NCBI GenBank assembly: GCA_020632555.1
Contig: JACKFI010000006.1
Coordinates: 11,467-75,466, forward strand
Length of the DNA stretch: 64,000 bases
Direction of reading: 5' to 3'
Origin: Candidatus Omnitrophota bacterium
GTDB taxonomy: Bacteria > Omnitrophota > Gorgyraeia > Zapsychrales > JANLHA01
The first letter of the stretch is position 1, and the number at the start of each line of letters is the position of its first letter. Positions 29,078 through 39,775 of this stretch are shown here, piece by piece. Both the position numbers and the translations under genes were made by a program. The notes below the pieces were generated by a model that had not been told where the DNA came from, did not search any database, and was given only the letters and a program-made list of their open reading frames with translations.

Positions 29078-30559
29078 TTAAACGTTGGGTCGACGGTCAA
29101 TGATCCGTTTTTCTTTATTCGCTGTTTCTAATTCCAACCGTTTGACCATATCCGCAATCGGGATAAAAACAACCTGATTGGGTGACACTTCTGTCATGTT
29201 CAATAATTTCTGTTTGACCGCATCCGTCAACTGAGATTGATTGACAGATTCTTTGCACGTCAGATAAACAATCAATTGGTCCACTTCAAAAGGATCATTA
29301 TCTTTTTTACAAAGCTCAACTTGCCATTCTTCAATTTCTTTAAACTCCGATAGGCACACCGAAAAATTGCTAAAATTCACCAAAGACCCTTTGACCTTAG
29401 TGATGTGAACATCTTTCACGTCGGAAATCCGTGTAATATCACTGGACAAACGCGGCACAGTCCGCTGACAATGGGGACAAGGTTCCCAACGAATACCGCC
29501 TTTCACAAAGTCACCTGTGCGAAAACGCAAAACACTGCTGCCCCGAGAATCAATCGAAGTATAAACAATCTCCCCATCCTCGCCTTCACCTTTGACTTCA
29601 CCGGTCTTGGGATCAATGATTTCAAAAATCTCTTTGTCAGGATACAAATGATACCCGCTGGTCAATGGACTTTGCGAGGGACATTCTGCCCACGCACACC
29701 GCGCCTCGGTAAATCCATAAGTACCAAATACCGCCACATTGTTCGCACCCATGGAAAATAAAAGCTCCTGTAACTTTAATTTAAAGTCAGGACTAACCCG
29801 CGCCGCGCCTAAAACAATTTTTTTTACCGATTCCAATCTTTTCCCTTGCTCTTTGGCTTGACGTAAAACATGATACACATAACTGGGAACTCCCAAAATC
29901 ACCGACGGCTTCATTTTCATAATAGCCGAAATATTGCCTTGCGTTCCGGTCGATTTCCCGCCTCCGGTACTTAAAACCAAAGCACACGAAGCTAGTCCCC
30001 CGTACACAACCTGCCAAAATGCTAAATGCGGCGCAAAAGGAAAAAGATTAACAATGTATTCTGTATTTTTGATATCAAACAAATCCAGCATACGTGAACC
30101 CGAAAGATGCAAATTATCAATATCATATTTGGAATACAAATAGGACAATGGCTTATCGGTTGTTCCCGTCGTAAATGTGATAAAAATAGGTCGGTATTCG
30201 CGGCCAAGATTTTCTTGCAGCGCAGCACTGCCCTTTAATAATGATAAAGCTTTAAGTTTTAAAAGTTGAGACAGCGGCCAATGCTTCTTGATTTTTTCCT
30301 GATCGGGTTGAAGTAAAAAATCAATCGCTTTGCGCGGATTATTAGGATCAATAAAATCTTTTTTAGAAGTAAACGGAAGACGCTGCAAATCAGCAACTGT
30401 TTTAATCGAGCGCGGATCAATTTTGTGTTGTTTAAAAACCTGCTGATAATGCGGACTAAACGGATAAACATGACGCGTAATAAAATGCTGCAGTTTTCGA
30501 TTCTGCAATGCTTGCAAATCCGTTTGTGATAATTTCGCTATATTTTGCCAAGGATGCAT
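29078..30559 (-). CDS. PaaK / coenzyme F390 synthetase-like adenylate-forming CoA ligase
   Basis: The N-terminal pattern LQRLPFTSKKDF and the degenerate P-loop TFTTGTTDKP are typical of the phenylacetate-CoA ligase family. Confidence 0.65.
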   Translation of the reverse strand: MHPWQNIAKLSQTDLQALQNRKLQHFITRHVYPFSPHYQQVFKQHKIDPRSIKTVADLQRLPFTSKKDFIDPNNPRKAIDFLLQPDQEKIKKHWPLSQLLKLKALSLLKGSAALQENLGREYRPIFITFTTGTTDKPLSYLYSKYDIDNLHLSGSRMLDLFDIKNTEYIVNLFPFAPHLAFWQVVYGGLASCALVLSTGGGKSTGTQGNISAIMKMKPSVILGVPSYVYHVLRQAKEQGKRLESVKKIVLGAARVSPDFKLKLQELLFSMGANNVAVFGTYGFTEARCAWAECPSQSPLTSGYHLYPDKEIFEIIDPKTGEVKGEGEDGEIVYTSIDSRGSSVLRFRTGDFVKGGIRWEPCPHCQRTVPRLSSDITRISDVKDVHITKVKGSLVNFSNFSVCLSEFKEIEEWQVELCKKDNDPFEVDQLIVYLTCKESVNQSQLTDAVKQKLLNMTEVSPNQVVFIPIADMVKRLELETANKEKRIIDRRPNV

Positions 30560-30736
30560 AAAGAATCGTAATTATATTCCGTTAATTAGTTTCAACACAC
30601 TCTCAAGTATAGAACATCCTCGTCACAATTCAATGAGTATCACGGGAAAAAATTTTTAACCATACTTGGAAAAAGTCAAGATTTTTCCCGAGTATGGTTA
30701 AAACAAAAATAATATCCTTTTACCCCAAACACCAAA

Positions 30737-30775
30737 ACACAAAAAGGGCGCTGAAGAATAAATTCCAGCGCCCTT
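30737..30775 (-). terminator. rho-independent terminator after the TRASH/YHS gene
   Basis: On the minus strand: GGGCGCTG-loop-CAGCGCCC followed by TTTTTGTGTT, beginning about 10 nt after the stop at 30790. Confidence 0.7.
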
Positions 30776-30789
30776 AAGCAATACGTCTC

Positions 30790-31092
30790 TTATTTCATCT
30801 CTGTTTCTTCCATTTCAGATGGTTCTGCCATATCTGCGGCTTCCAACTTCTTGATCGCAGCTTCTGGGTCTTTCAAGAAGTCTTTTTTACACATTTCGCA
30901 GCAAAGATTATAAACTTTGCCTTTGTATTCGACGGTAACTTCTTGACCAGTCATCCCATCTTCACCGATTGCTTCTCCGCTGATCGGACAGATTTTATTC
31001 CCAACTTTGACAACCTCTTGCGCCAAAGCCGCGCTAACAATAAAGCCAATCAAGCCTAAAGCCAACGCTAATGTGATCATTTGTTTTTTCAT
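30790..31092 (-). CDS. exported TRASH/YHS-type metal-binding protein with Met/Glu-rich tail
   Basis: Signal peptide, then CPISGE...YNLCCEMCKKDF (TRASH/YHS-like Cys pattern). The C-terminus is ADMAEPSEMEETEMK. Confidence 0.6.
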   Translation of the reverse strand: MKKQMITLALALGLIGFIVSAALAQEVVKVGNKICPISGEAIGEDGMTGQEVTVEYKGKVYNLCCEMCKKDFLKDPEAAIKKLEAADMAEPSEMEETEMK

Positions 31093-31144
31093 TTCTCGCT
31101 CCTTGTTGTTGATGGTTTTTTGTTTTAACCTTGCTGCCCTCTTT

Positions 31145-33424
31145 TTAAAGATTCAATTTTCTTAATCGTAAAGCATTAGCTATCACGGATACCGAACTAA
31201 AGGACATTGCCACTCCAGCAATCATCGGGCTTAACAGTAACCCAAAAAATGGATATAAAATCCCAGCGGCAACAGGTATCCCTACGGCATTGTAAATAAA
31301 GGCAAAGAACAAATTTTGACGAATATTTTTCATCACGTGTCGGCTTAATTTTAAAGCCCGAACAATTCCCCGCAAATCGCCTTTGACTAAGGTAATTCCC
31401 GCACTTTCAATAGCGACATCTGTTCCTGTGCCCATGGCAATGCCCACCTCTGCTTCTGCTAATGCAGGCGCATCATTGATCCCATCACCAGCCATTAAAA
31501 CAACAGCTCCTTGTTGTTTTAATTCTTTAACAATATCCTGCTTATCTTTGGGTTCCAACCCAGCGCGGACATCATCAATAGCTAACTCCTTGGCAATAGC
31601 TTCGGCCGTCTTTTGATTATCTCCCGTTAACATAATGACTTTTAACCCCAAATCATGTAGCTCCTTAATCGCTTGTGATGTACTTTTCTTAATGGGGTCT
31701 GAGATACCCAAAATGCCCAGAATATTTTTATCTTGCGCCACCCAAACGACCGTTTGCGCTTTTTCCTGCAAAGACGTTGCCTTTTCTTGTAAACTTTCAG
31801 ATATCTTGCTAACAAAATCCATAATAAATTTTTGCTTACCTAAATAAACATTTTTACCATCAATTTTGCCTTTGACTCCACCCCCTGTAATGGATTCAAA
31901 ACCTTCAATAGCTTTCAAATCGATCGCCTTATCTTTTGCATAATCCAACACAGCCCGAGCCAATGGATGTTCACTGGACTGCTCCAAGGAACCAGCAACA
32001 ATAAGCAAGTCTTTATCATCAATGCCATCTGTTGTTAGAATCGATGTTACCCGTGGCTTTCCCTCAGTGAGTGTTCCGGTTTTATCTGTTAAAACGTGGG
32101 TAATTTTCTCAGCTTTCTCAATGGCCTCTGCGCTTTTAATCAATATCCCCGACTGCGCTCCTTTCCCAACGCCAACCATAATTGACATTGGCGTCGCCAA
32201 ACCCAAAGCGCAGGGACAAGCAATAATCAAAACAGCAATCGCATTGACCAGCGCATAAGCCAATGCAGGCTGTGGTCCCCAGAGTGACCAAATTATAAAT
32301 GTTAAAATAGAAACACCAATAACAACCGGCACAAAAACTCCTGCCACTTTATCTGCCATCCCTTGTATAGGCGCTCGAGTCCGTTGAGCCTCAGAAACCA
32401 TATGAACAATTTGTGATAGCAATGTTTCAGAACCAATCTTCTCTGTTTTCATCACAAAAGCACCCGTCTGATTAACCGTTGCTCCGATAACTTTGTCTCC
32501 TTCTTTTTTCTCAACCGGAACAGGCTCACCTGAAATCATGGATTCATCAATCGTACTTTTGCCTTGTGTAATAACACCGTCTAAAGGAATTTTCTCTCCA
32601 GGACGAACACGCAGCAAATCTCCTTTCTGAATTTGATCAACATCCACTTCTTCTTCCCCGGAACCCGTAACCTTATGTGCTTTTTTTGCCGCAAATCCTA
32701 ATAATGCCTTGATCGCTTGTCCTGTCTGTGAGCGGGCACGAGCTTCCAAATATTGTCCCAAAATGACTAAAACAGTAATAACAACACCGGCTTCAAAATA
32801 TAATCCTAACTTGCCATCCATTTTGAGCGATTCAGGAAAAATCTGTGGGATTAAAACAGCCGCCACACTGTAAAAATAAGCCGCACCCACCCCGATGGAA
32901 ATTAATGTAAACATATTCAGACTACGATTTAGAATAGCCTTCCATGCCTTAGTATAGACAAATCCGCCTGACCAGAAAATCACAGGTGTTGCCAAAATAA
33001 GTTGAAGCCAACCTGAAATCGCGTGAGAAATGAATTCAAGTTTTAGGACTGGGACCATTTCCACTAACGCAAGAATAACAACGGGAAGTCCTAAAACTAA
33101 CCCAATCCAAAACTTACCAGACAGCGCTTTGATTTCATTTTCTGCCGCATCATCATTGCCAATAGCATTCTTAGGTTCTAAAGCCATCCCACACTTGGGA
33201 CAATCTCCCGGATGATCTTGTTCAACTTCTGGGTGCATCGGACAAATGTAACTGTGACCTGATTGTTGCGCCAAGGGTTTAAGCTCCCCTTCTTTGCCTG
33301 CACTTAAAAACTTCTTTTTACAATGTTCACTACAAAAATAATGTTTCACGCCATTTTTCTCAGCCTTGATCGCTGTTTTAGGATCAACAGTCATTCCACA
33401 AATAATATCTTTTTCCATAATCAC
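31145..33424 (-). CDS. copper/silver-translocating P1B-type ATPase (CopA-like) with TRASH/YHS and CPxHP...CPxCGM N-terminal metal sites
   Basis: CPC transmembrane motif ([11 protein letters not shown]), DKTGTLT phosphorylation site, GDGINDAP. The N-terminus has ICGMTVD...[12 protein letters not shown] and [24 protein letters not shown] instead of a classical MxCxxC HMA domain. Confidence 0.9.
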   Translation of the reverse strand: MIMEKDIICGMTVDPKTAIKAEKNGVKHYFCSEHCKKKFLSAGKEGELKPLAQQSGHSYICPMHPEVEQDHPGDCPKCGMALEPKNAIGNDDAAENEIKALSGKFWIGLVLGLPVVILALVEMVPVLKLEFISHAISGWLQLILATPVIFWSGGFVYTKAWKAILNRSLNMFTLISIGVGAAYFYSVAAVLIPQIFPESLKMDGKLGLYFEAGVVITVLVILGQYLEARARSQTGQAIKALLGFAAKKAHKVTGSGEEEVDVDQIQKGDLLRVRPGEKIPLDGVITQGKSTIDESMISGEPVPVEKKEGDKVIGATVNQTGAFVMKTEKIGSETLLSQIVHMVSEAQRTRAPIQGMADKVAGVFVPVVIGVSILTFIIWSLWGPQPALAYALVNAIAVLIIACPCALGLATPMSIMVGVGKGAQSGILIKSAEAIEKAEKITHVLTDKTGTLTEGKPRVTSILTTDGIDDKDLLIVAGSLEQSSEHPLARAVLDYAKDKAIDLKAIEGFESITGGGVKGKIDGKNVYLGKQKFIMDFVSKISESLQEKATSLQEKAQTVVWVAQDKNILGILGISDPIKKSTSQAIKELHDLGLKVIMLTGDNQKTAEAIAKELAIDDVRAGLEPKDKQDIVKELKQQGAVVLMAGDGINDAPALAEAEVGIAMGTGTDVAIESAGITLVKGDLRGIVRALKLSRHVMKNIRQNLFFAFIYNAVGIPVAAGILYPFFGLLLSPMIAGVAMSFSSVSVIANALRLRKLNL

Positions 33425-33452
33425 CTACTTCTGTTTGATCCTATTAGAATCA

Positions 33453-33911
33453 TTAATTCTCAACCCCAACCCCATATTCATAAACCATCCGACCGCCATG
33501 ATGCGCCGTGAAAGAAACCAAACCAACAACCGCCAATAAAATAATCAAAAAAACAAAACGAAAATATTTTGACAAAAACACTTTAGAAATCCACAAAACA
33601 GGCAATGCCGCCAGAGAAAATCCCATTGTCCACAATGCCCACATACGATGCTGTGTTAATAAGGGATGATTCAAATGCAGACGTGCTTGTTCCCATATCC
33701 CACTGCGAACAACCACAACACTGGCCAAAGCGGCGACAACAAACAAATACATTGCGGTTTGATGCAAGCGTTCTTTACGCAACAATAAAGCAAAAACTTC
33801 AAATCCCAAAGCCGTCACAAACAAAGCGATTGGGAAATGAACCAGTTTGGGATGAAGTGGTATCAATTGTTCAAACATATAACCCTCTAAGATTAACTTT
33901 TTGATCCTCAC
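33453..33911 (-). CDS. DUF2231-like membrane protein
   Basis: HPKLVHFPIALF N-terminal motif and 4 TM helices. The start could instead be the internal MFEQL (33878). Confidence 0.5.
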   Translation of the reverse strand: MRIKKLILEGYMFEQLIPLHPKLVHFPIALFVTALGFEVFALLLRKERLHQTAMYLFVVAALASVVVVRSGIWEQARLHLNHPLLTQHRMWALWTMGFSLAALPVLWISKVFLSKYFRFVFLIILLAVVGLVSFTAHHGGRMVYEYGVGVEN

Positions 33912-33924
33912 GCCAAGTCCGCCT

Positions 33925-36900
33925 TTAATGCTTTTGCAATTCCGGCATAGGCAGCTTGCTCACGTCAACTGTCCCCTGTTTCATTTCATATCGCCATTTC
34001 CAAATATAATAAATAACAGGATAAACCAACAGCTCCAAAATAAAACTACTGAAAATCCCTCCAATCATCGGTGCGGCAATGCGCTTCATCACATCCGCTC
34101 CCGCGCCCATCGACCACATAATCGGAATAAGCCCCATAAACATAGCCGCCACCGTCATTAGTTTAGGACGAATACGCTTAACTGCGCCATGAATAATCGC
34201 CTCTTCCAAATCTTGCTGGGTTCGCATTTTTCCCTGACGGACAGCGTCATAATACGCCAAATCCAGAAATAAAAGCATAAAAACTCCTGTTTCCGCATCC
34301 AGCCCCATCAGCGCAATCATCCCCACCCACACAGCAATGGACATATTGTAACCCAACACCCACAAAAACCAAATAGCCCCTACTAATGAAAATGGTACCG
34401 CCAATAAAACAATACCCGCTTTAATCGGCGAACGCGTGTTCATATACAAGAGCATAAAGATCAAGAAAATCGTAATTGGCAAGACTACACGCAACCGGTC
34501 ACGCACGCGGAGCATATTTTCGAACTGTCCGCTCCATATCAGCGAGTATCCTGTCGGCAATTTTAATTCCTGTTCCACAACCTTCTTAGCCTGTGCAACA
34601 AAACCACCAACATCACGCCCGGCAATATCCACATACACATATCCGGCTAACATCCCATTTTCATCACGGATCATCGCCGGACCTGTAGCCAACTTGATAT
34701 CCGCCAATTGTTCAATCGGAACCTGTGCTCCGGACATCGTGGGAACCAAAACACGCCGCAGTTTCGCAACATCATCACGAAATTCACGCGCATAACGAAC
34801 ATTGACTGTATAACGTTCTCGGCCTTCAATCGTGGTCGTCACTGGTTCACCACCAATAGCCGAAACAATAATTTCTTCTACGTCCTTAACAGAAAGCCCA
34901 TAATGCGCAATTTGATCCCGTTTAATATCAAAATCAATAAAGTACCCACCGGTTACGCGTTCAGCATAAACACTGCGCGCACCTTTGATATTTTTGACAA
35001 TGCTTTCAATTTGAGTACCGATCTTTTCAATCTGTGCTAAATCAGGGCCAAACACTTTAATACCAACAGGTGTTCGAATGCCCGTCGACAACATATCAAT
35101 TCTAGCTTTGATAGGCATTGTCCACGCATTGGAAACTCCGGGAAATTGCATTTTCTGATTCAACTCGGCAATAATATCTTCCTCTGAAATTCGATCAGGC
35201 CAAATCGCTCGAAAAGGCATTTGCAATAATTTTGGAAATTTTGAATACCACCTTTGCACCCCACGCCACTGACTTTCCGGCTTGAGAATAATAGTTGTCT
35301 CCATCATTGAAAATGGCGCCGGATCGGTTGATGTCTCTGCCCGACCAGCTTTCCCAAAAACCCGTTGTACTTCGGGGACCGTTTTAATCACCTGGTCCAT
35401 CTGCTGCAAAAGTTTACCCGCCTCGGTCACCGACAAGCCCGGTAAGGTCGTGGGCATATAAAGGATCGTTCCCTCGTTTAAAGGAGGCATAAATTCTGAA
35501 CCCAAGCGAAAGAAAATAGGGATTGTCGATAAAACCAAAATACCAGCAGCCAGCAACGTTGCACGACGATATTTCAAAACACAACGACAAACCGGTTCAT
35601 AATATTTGAATAAGACCTTGCTGATCGGATGCTTTTCTTCTGGATAATATTTACCGACAAAAATACTATTTAAGAAATTTGAAATCCAAACCGGACGAAA
35701 TTTTATCGAATCAATCCGTGTAAACAACATCCGCATGGCTGGATTGAGCGTAATCGCCAAAATAGCGGCAATGGCCATAGCAAAGTTTTTGCTAAATGCC
35801 AGCGGCCTAAATAATCGTCCTTCCTGATCAAGCAATGTAAAAACCGGCAAAAAAGCAACCGCAATCACAATCAAGGAAAAGAAAACTGACGGTCCCACTT
35901 CTTTTAAAGCTTTCAAAAGCACATCGTGATAATCGCCCTTGCGACCGCCGGCATCCCATAACTGCAATTTCTTATACGCATTTTCAACTTCGATAATCGC
36001 GCCATCCACCAAAACTCCAATAGAAATCGCTATGCCCGCTAAAGACATAATGTTGGACGTTAATCCCATCAATGCCATCGGAATAAAACTTAATAAAACC
36101 GCAATTGGAATGGTGATAATTGGAACACTGGCCGATGGGAAATGCCACAAAAAGAAAATGATCACCAGCGCAACAATCAGAATTTCTTCAATTAACTGAT
36201 GTTTCAGTGTCTCGATGGCCCGATGGATTAAATCAGAACGATCATAGGTCTCAACAATCTCAACACCCGGCGGTAAGGAGGATTTGACTTGTGCTAATTT
36301 TTTCTTAACCCGTTCAATCACATTCAAGGCATTCTCGCCGGAACGCATCAAAACTATTCCGCCGACTGTATCACCTTGGCCATCCAAATCCGCAATCCCT
36401 CGACGCATATCCGGGCCCAGTGTAACCGAAGCAATATTTTTAACCAAAATTGGCGCGCCACTCTGATCATTGCCAATCACAATGTCTTCTATATCTTTGG
36501 CCGATTTTATATATCCACGCCCGCGCACCATATACTCTGTGCCAGAAAACTCGACCAGCCGACCACCGACATCATTATTGCTATCCCGGATGGCTTGGCT
36601 AACCTTCATCAGCGCAATATTATACGCCAACAAAGCATTGGGTTTGATATTGACTTGATACTGCTTTTGAAAACCACCCACCGAGGCGACTTCCGCAACC
36701 CCCTCAACGGATTGCAGCCAATAGCGCAAATACCAATCTTGAAATGAACGCAATTGCGCAAGATCATTTTGTCCGGACTTATCCACCAAAGCATATTGAT
36801 AAACCCAGCCAACAGATGTCGCATCCGGTCCCATTTCCGTGCGGACACCCTCGGGCAATTTTGGCAAAATTTTACTCAAATATTCCAAAGTGCGGCTACG

Positions 36901-37215
36901 CGCCCAATAAATGTCAGTTCCATCTTTAAAAATAATGTAAATAAATGAATACCCAAAATCCGAAAACCCGCGAATGGATTTGACCTGTGGTGCTCCCAAC
37001 ATCGCGCTGATAATAGGATACGTCACTTGATCTTCGATAATATCGGGTGAACGATCCCAACGCGAATAAATGATCACCTGTGTATCCGAGAGATCGGGAA
37101 TCGCATCCAACGGAATATTTTTCATGCTATAAACCGCAATTAAAATAGCGACGAATGTTAAAATCAAGACGATATATTTGTTTTTAGCTGAAAATTCGAT
37201 AATTTTTTCAATCAT
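33925..37215 (-). CDS. CusA/CzcA-family heavy-metal efflux RND permease
   Basis: 1096 aa, 12-TM RND architecture, N-terminus MIEKIIEFSAKNKYIVL.. typical of the HME-RND family. It is flanked by adaptor and outer-membrane-factor genes. Confidence 0.9.
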   Translation of the reverse strand: MIEKIIEFSAKNKYIVLILTFVAILIAVYSMKNIPLDAIPDLSDTQVIIYSRWDRSPDIIEDQVTYPIISAMLGAPQVKSIRGFSDFGYSFIYIIFKDGTDIYWARSRTLEYLSKILPKLPEGVRTEMGPDATSVGWVYQYALVDKSGQNDLAQLRSFQDWYLRYWLQSVEGVAEVASVGGFQKQYQVNIKPNALLAYNIALMKVSQAIRDSNNDVGGRLVEFSGTEYMVRGRGYIKSAKDIEDIVIGNDQSGAPILVKNIASVTLGPDMRRGIADLDGQGDTVGGIVLMRSGENALNVIERVKKKLAQVKSSLPPGVEIVETYDRSDLIHRAIETLKHQLIEEILIVALVIIFFLWHFPSASVPIITIPIAVLLSFIPMALMGLTSNIMSLAGIAISIGVLVDGAIIEVENAYKKLQLWDAGGRKGDYHDVLLKALKEVGPSVFFSLIVIAVAFLPVFTLLDQEGRLFRPLAFSKNFAMAIAAILAITLNPAMRMLFTRIDSIKFRPVWISNFLNSIFVGKYYPEEKHPISKVLFKYYEPVCRCVLKYRRATLLAAGILVLSTIPIFFRLGSEFMPPLNEGTILYMPTTLPGLSVTEAGKLLQQMDQVIKTVPEVQRVFGKAGRAETSTDPAPFSMMETTIILKPESQWRGVQRWYSKFPKLLQMPFRAIWPDRISEEDIIAELNQKMQFPGVSNAWTMPIKARIDMLSTGIRTPVGIKVFGPDLAQIEKIGTQIESIVKNIKGARSVYAERVTGGYFIDFDIKRDQIAHYGLSVKDVEEIIVSAIGGEPVTTTIEGRERYTVNVRYAREFRDDVAKLRRVLVPTMSGAQVPIEQLADIKLATGPAMIRDENGMLAGYVYVDIAGRDVGGFVAQAKKVVEQELKLPTGYSLIWSGQFENMLRVRDRLRVVLPITIFLIFMLLYMNTRSPIKAGIVLLAVPFSLVGAIWFLWVLGYNMSIAVWVGMIALMGLDAETGVFMLLFLDLAYYDAVRQGKMRTQQDLEEAIIHGAVKRIRPKLMTVAAMFMGLIPIMWSMGAGADVMKRIAAPMIGGIFSSFILELLVYPVIYYIWKWRYEMKQGTVDVSKLPMPELQKH

Positions 37216-37246
37216 ATTGGCCGTCTCTCCTTGAAAATCTTACCCA

Positions 37247-38401
37247 TTACAAAGCTCCCTTAAGCTTGCTCTCTGCATCAATCAAGAAATTACCGCTGGT
37301 GACAATCTCCTGACCTTCAGTCAACCCCGAGCGGACTTCATAAAACTCGCCAGCTTTGGGCCCCAAGGTCACTTCAACCGGAGTAAAATGATTGTCTAAA
37401 ACCACATAAACAATTTTGCGCATTCCCGAATCCATAACAGCCTCTTGGGGAATAGCTAATTTTTCTCCCAAATCAATAAGAATCTTAGCGTTCACAAACA
37501 TTTCCGGTTTTAATTTACCGTCCTTATCGTCTACCTGTACCCTGACACGCACGGAACGACTTTCGGAATCAAGAATCGGAGTTAAAGCTGTGATTGTCCC
37601 GTTAAAAATATCTCCAGGATAAGCCACCGCATCAATCAAAACATTTTGACCTTCCTTAATCAGTCCAATTTCATATTCATACACCGGAATATAGACCCAC
37701 GTTTGTCCGGAATGACTTGGCAAATACAAATTCTCTTGCGCTGCCCCACTATTTTTCAGAGCGTCCACTTCCGACTTGCTCATTCCTAATAATAAAAGTT
37801 TTCGCTCTGCGGAAACCAAAAGTTGAGCAGATTGTTCTTGAATGGAAACCAGCGCACTATGTTGAGTTGCCGCGGCCGTCTTGACAGCTTGCAAATATTC
37901 TTCTTGCGCAACGTAAAGATCTGGGTCATAAGCCACTTTGCCGACTGTAAAAATTTCAACAGTCAGGCAACGTTTTTTCACAATGTCTTTTTTAACTCCA
38001 ATGAGCTGCTGCTTACTATTATTTATCGCGACTCCTGCCAGAACTGTTTGAGACTCTTCATAGACAGGGACATAATCCATGCCCATCGAATCTTTCATCG
38101 GCACCGGCGAAGTTATGGCCGGATTCATGGGATTACGATAAAAAAGAAGCTTGTGTTGACTCTTGGCTTCATTCAAAGATGATGCCGAGGATTCAACATC
38201 TTTTTTCACAAGATCCATATCGCAAATTGGGCAAGAACCCTTATGGTCAGAGATCACTTGCGGATGCATTGGACAATAATATTCACTTTTAGCCGCATGC
38301 TGATGTTGTTCATTCCCGGAGCAACCTTGCAAAACAAAACAAATGGAAACGAAACTAACCGTCACCAAAAATATTAAACCAAACCATATTTTCTTTTTCA
38401 T
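37247..38401 (-). CDS. RND efflux periplasmic adaptor (CusB-like) with N-terminal CPMHP...CPICDM metal-binding module
   Basis: Lipobox LQGC, YYCPMHPQVISDHKGSCPICDMDL, then a membrane-fusion-protein barrel-sandwich / beta-barrel region. Confidence 0.85.
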   Translation of the reverse strand: MKKKIWFGLIFLVTVSFVSICFVLQGCSGNEQHQHAAKSEYYCPMHPQVISDHKGSCPICDMDLVKKDVESSASSLNEAKSQHKLLFYRNPMNPAITSPVPMKDSMGMDYVPVYEESQTVLAGVAINNSKQQLIGVKKDIVKKRCLTVEIFTVGKVAYDPDLYVAQEEYLQAVKTAAATQHSALVSIQEQSAQLLVSAERKLLLLGMSKSEVDALKNSGAAQENLYLPSHSGQTWVYIPVYEYEIGLIKEGQNVLIDAVAYPGDIFNGTITALTPILDSESRSVRVRVQVDDKDGKLKPEMFVNAKILIDLGEKLAIPQEAVMDSGMRKIVYVVLDNHFTPVEVTLGPKAGEFYEVRSGLTEGQEIVTSGNFLIDAESKLKGAL

Positions 38402-39696
38402 AGCTTCTCCTGTTCTTGCAATGAGCCACCAACAGAGCGTTCAAGATCAGCCAACGCGACCTGTAAACTAGCTACCGATTCAAAATACTCAATTTGCAAA
38501 TCTCTTAACATGCGCAAAGAATCCAATAATTCCAAAAAGCTTACCGAACCTGATTCATAAGCTCGTCGAGCTGTGGTCACCGCTGATGTCGCTTGCGGCA
38601 ATACCCCTGTCTCATAAATTTCTACCAAATGACGAGCCGCTTCATACTTGGCAAAAGCGCTTCTTGCCTCAAAAACCACAAGATTTTCAGCAGACTGATA
38701 ATCTGCTTTGGCCACCTGAAGATTCGCTTTGGCTTCTTTAACACCCGACAATTGTTTTCCCCAAAACCAAAAAGGAATATTGATGCCCACCATACCGCTC
38801 CACTCTCCGTCTTGAAATGAGCCATTTTGTTGTGATCTTTTATACTTCAATGTTACATCCGGCAAAAAGTCCTGTTGACTCAATGAACTTTCAATTTCTG
38901 CTTTATCAACGAGTTCCCGCATGGATTTCAGTTCAGCACGATCATTTTTTGCTAAAATGCTGACATCCTCTGGACTCAGCACCAAATCTTTTATCGAATC
39001 TATTGGTAAAAGCGTGATGGTTGCGTAATCTTCACGCCCCAACAGCGACAACAAAAGACTCTCTGCAATTTTTGCCTCCTGCTCATAAAGAACCGCCATA
39101 TTAGAAAGTTTGGAGTACTCAACTTGAGCGCGCAACACATCCTGTTGACCAATTTTATTAACAGCATATTTCTTAGTAGCGATTTCAACAAACTGACCCA
39201 TCAAGTTTAAAGTGTCGTTAATGTAATCAACCTTACGTCGATTAAGAAACAATTTTGCATAAGCGTCCTTAACCTCTTTAATAATCGTTCGTCGCGTTTC
39301 CTCATAGTCTTGCTCTAAAGCATTGGCTTGTTTCTGCGAGGCTTGCTTGCGCATGATGATCTTGGTGGGAAATGGAATCTCTTGAGAAATAGCTAATGTT
39401 TTCATTGGACGAACCTTGCCGCCACCAGCCATCGATGCCGCGGGACCAATTCGATCATATTCATATTCCACCATCGGATCAGGAACGCTGCGAAAAATCT
39501 CAACTCGAGCTTTGGCCGCCTCAAGACGATATTGTGCCGCTTGTAAACGCGGATTATTTTCTAATGCCTCTTGTATCAAAGAAGATAATGAGACTTTTTC
39601 TAAGGAAGAAGATTGCGCAATTATTTCTTTTGCCGCAAAAACGGGCTCAACAATTCCAACAATGATAATCAATAAAACGATTAGCTTCTTTAACAT
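38398..39696 (-). CDS. TolC-family outer membrane efflux protein (CusC-like)
   Basis: Two TolC repeats (LSLSSLIQEALENNPRLQAA...). I prefer the start at MLKKLIVLL (39696), which gives a signal peptide. It overlaps the adaptor start by 4 nt. Confidence 0.8.
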   Translation of the reverse strand: MLKKLIVLLIIIVGIVEPVFAAKEIIAQSSSLEKVSLSSLIQEALENNPRLQAAQYRLEAAKARVEIFRSVPDPMVEYEYDRIGPAASMAGGGKVRPMKTLAISQEIPFPTKIIMRKQASQKQANALEQDYEETRRTIIKEVKDAYAKLFLNRRKVDYINDTLNLMGQFVEIATKKYAVNKIGQQDVLRAQVEYSKLSNMAVLYEQEAKIAESLLLSLLGREDYATITLLPIDSIKDLVLSPEDVSILAKNDRAELKSMRELVDKAEIESSLSQQDFLPDVTLKYKRSQQNGSFQDGEWSGMVGINIPFWFWGKQLSGVKEAKANLQVAKADYQSAENLVVFEARSAFAKYEAARHLVEIYETGVLPQATSAVTTARRAYESGSVSFLELLDSLRMLRDLQIEYFESVASLQVALADLERSVGGSLQEQEKL

Positions 39697-39775
39697 GATA
39701 ACCCCCTTTGACACACAGAAAACACCCTTGAACAGAAAGTTCACAACAATTTAAAACAAGGCTGTAAAAAAGGGA

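Noticed and set aside
33901-34161. Plus-strand ORFs within the cusA/copA region (for example 33901..34161, 34436..34795, 36376..36747)
   Set aside because: They are antisense to long, motif-rich transporter genes. Their biased Pro/His/Arg/Thr/Asn-rich composition is typical of antisense frames.
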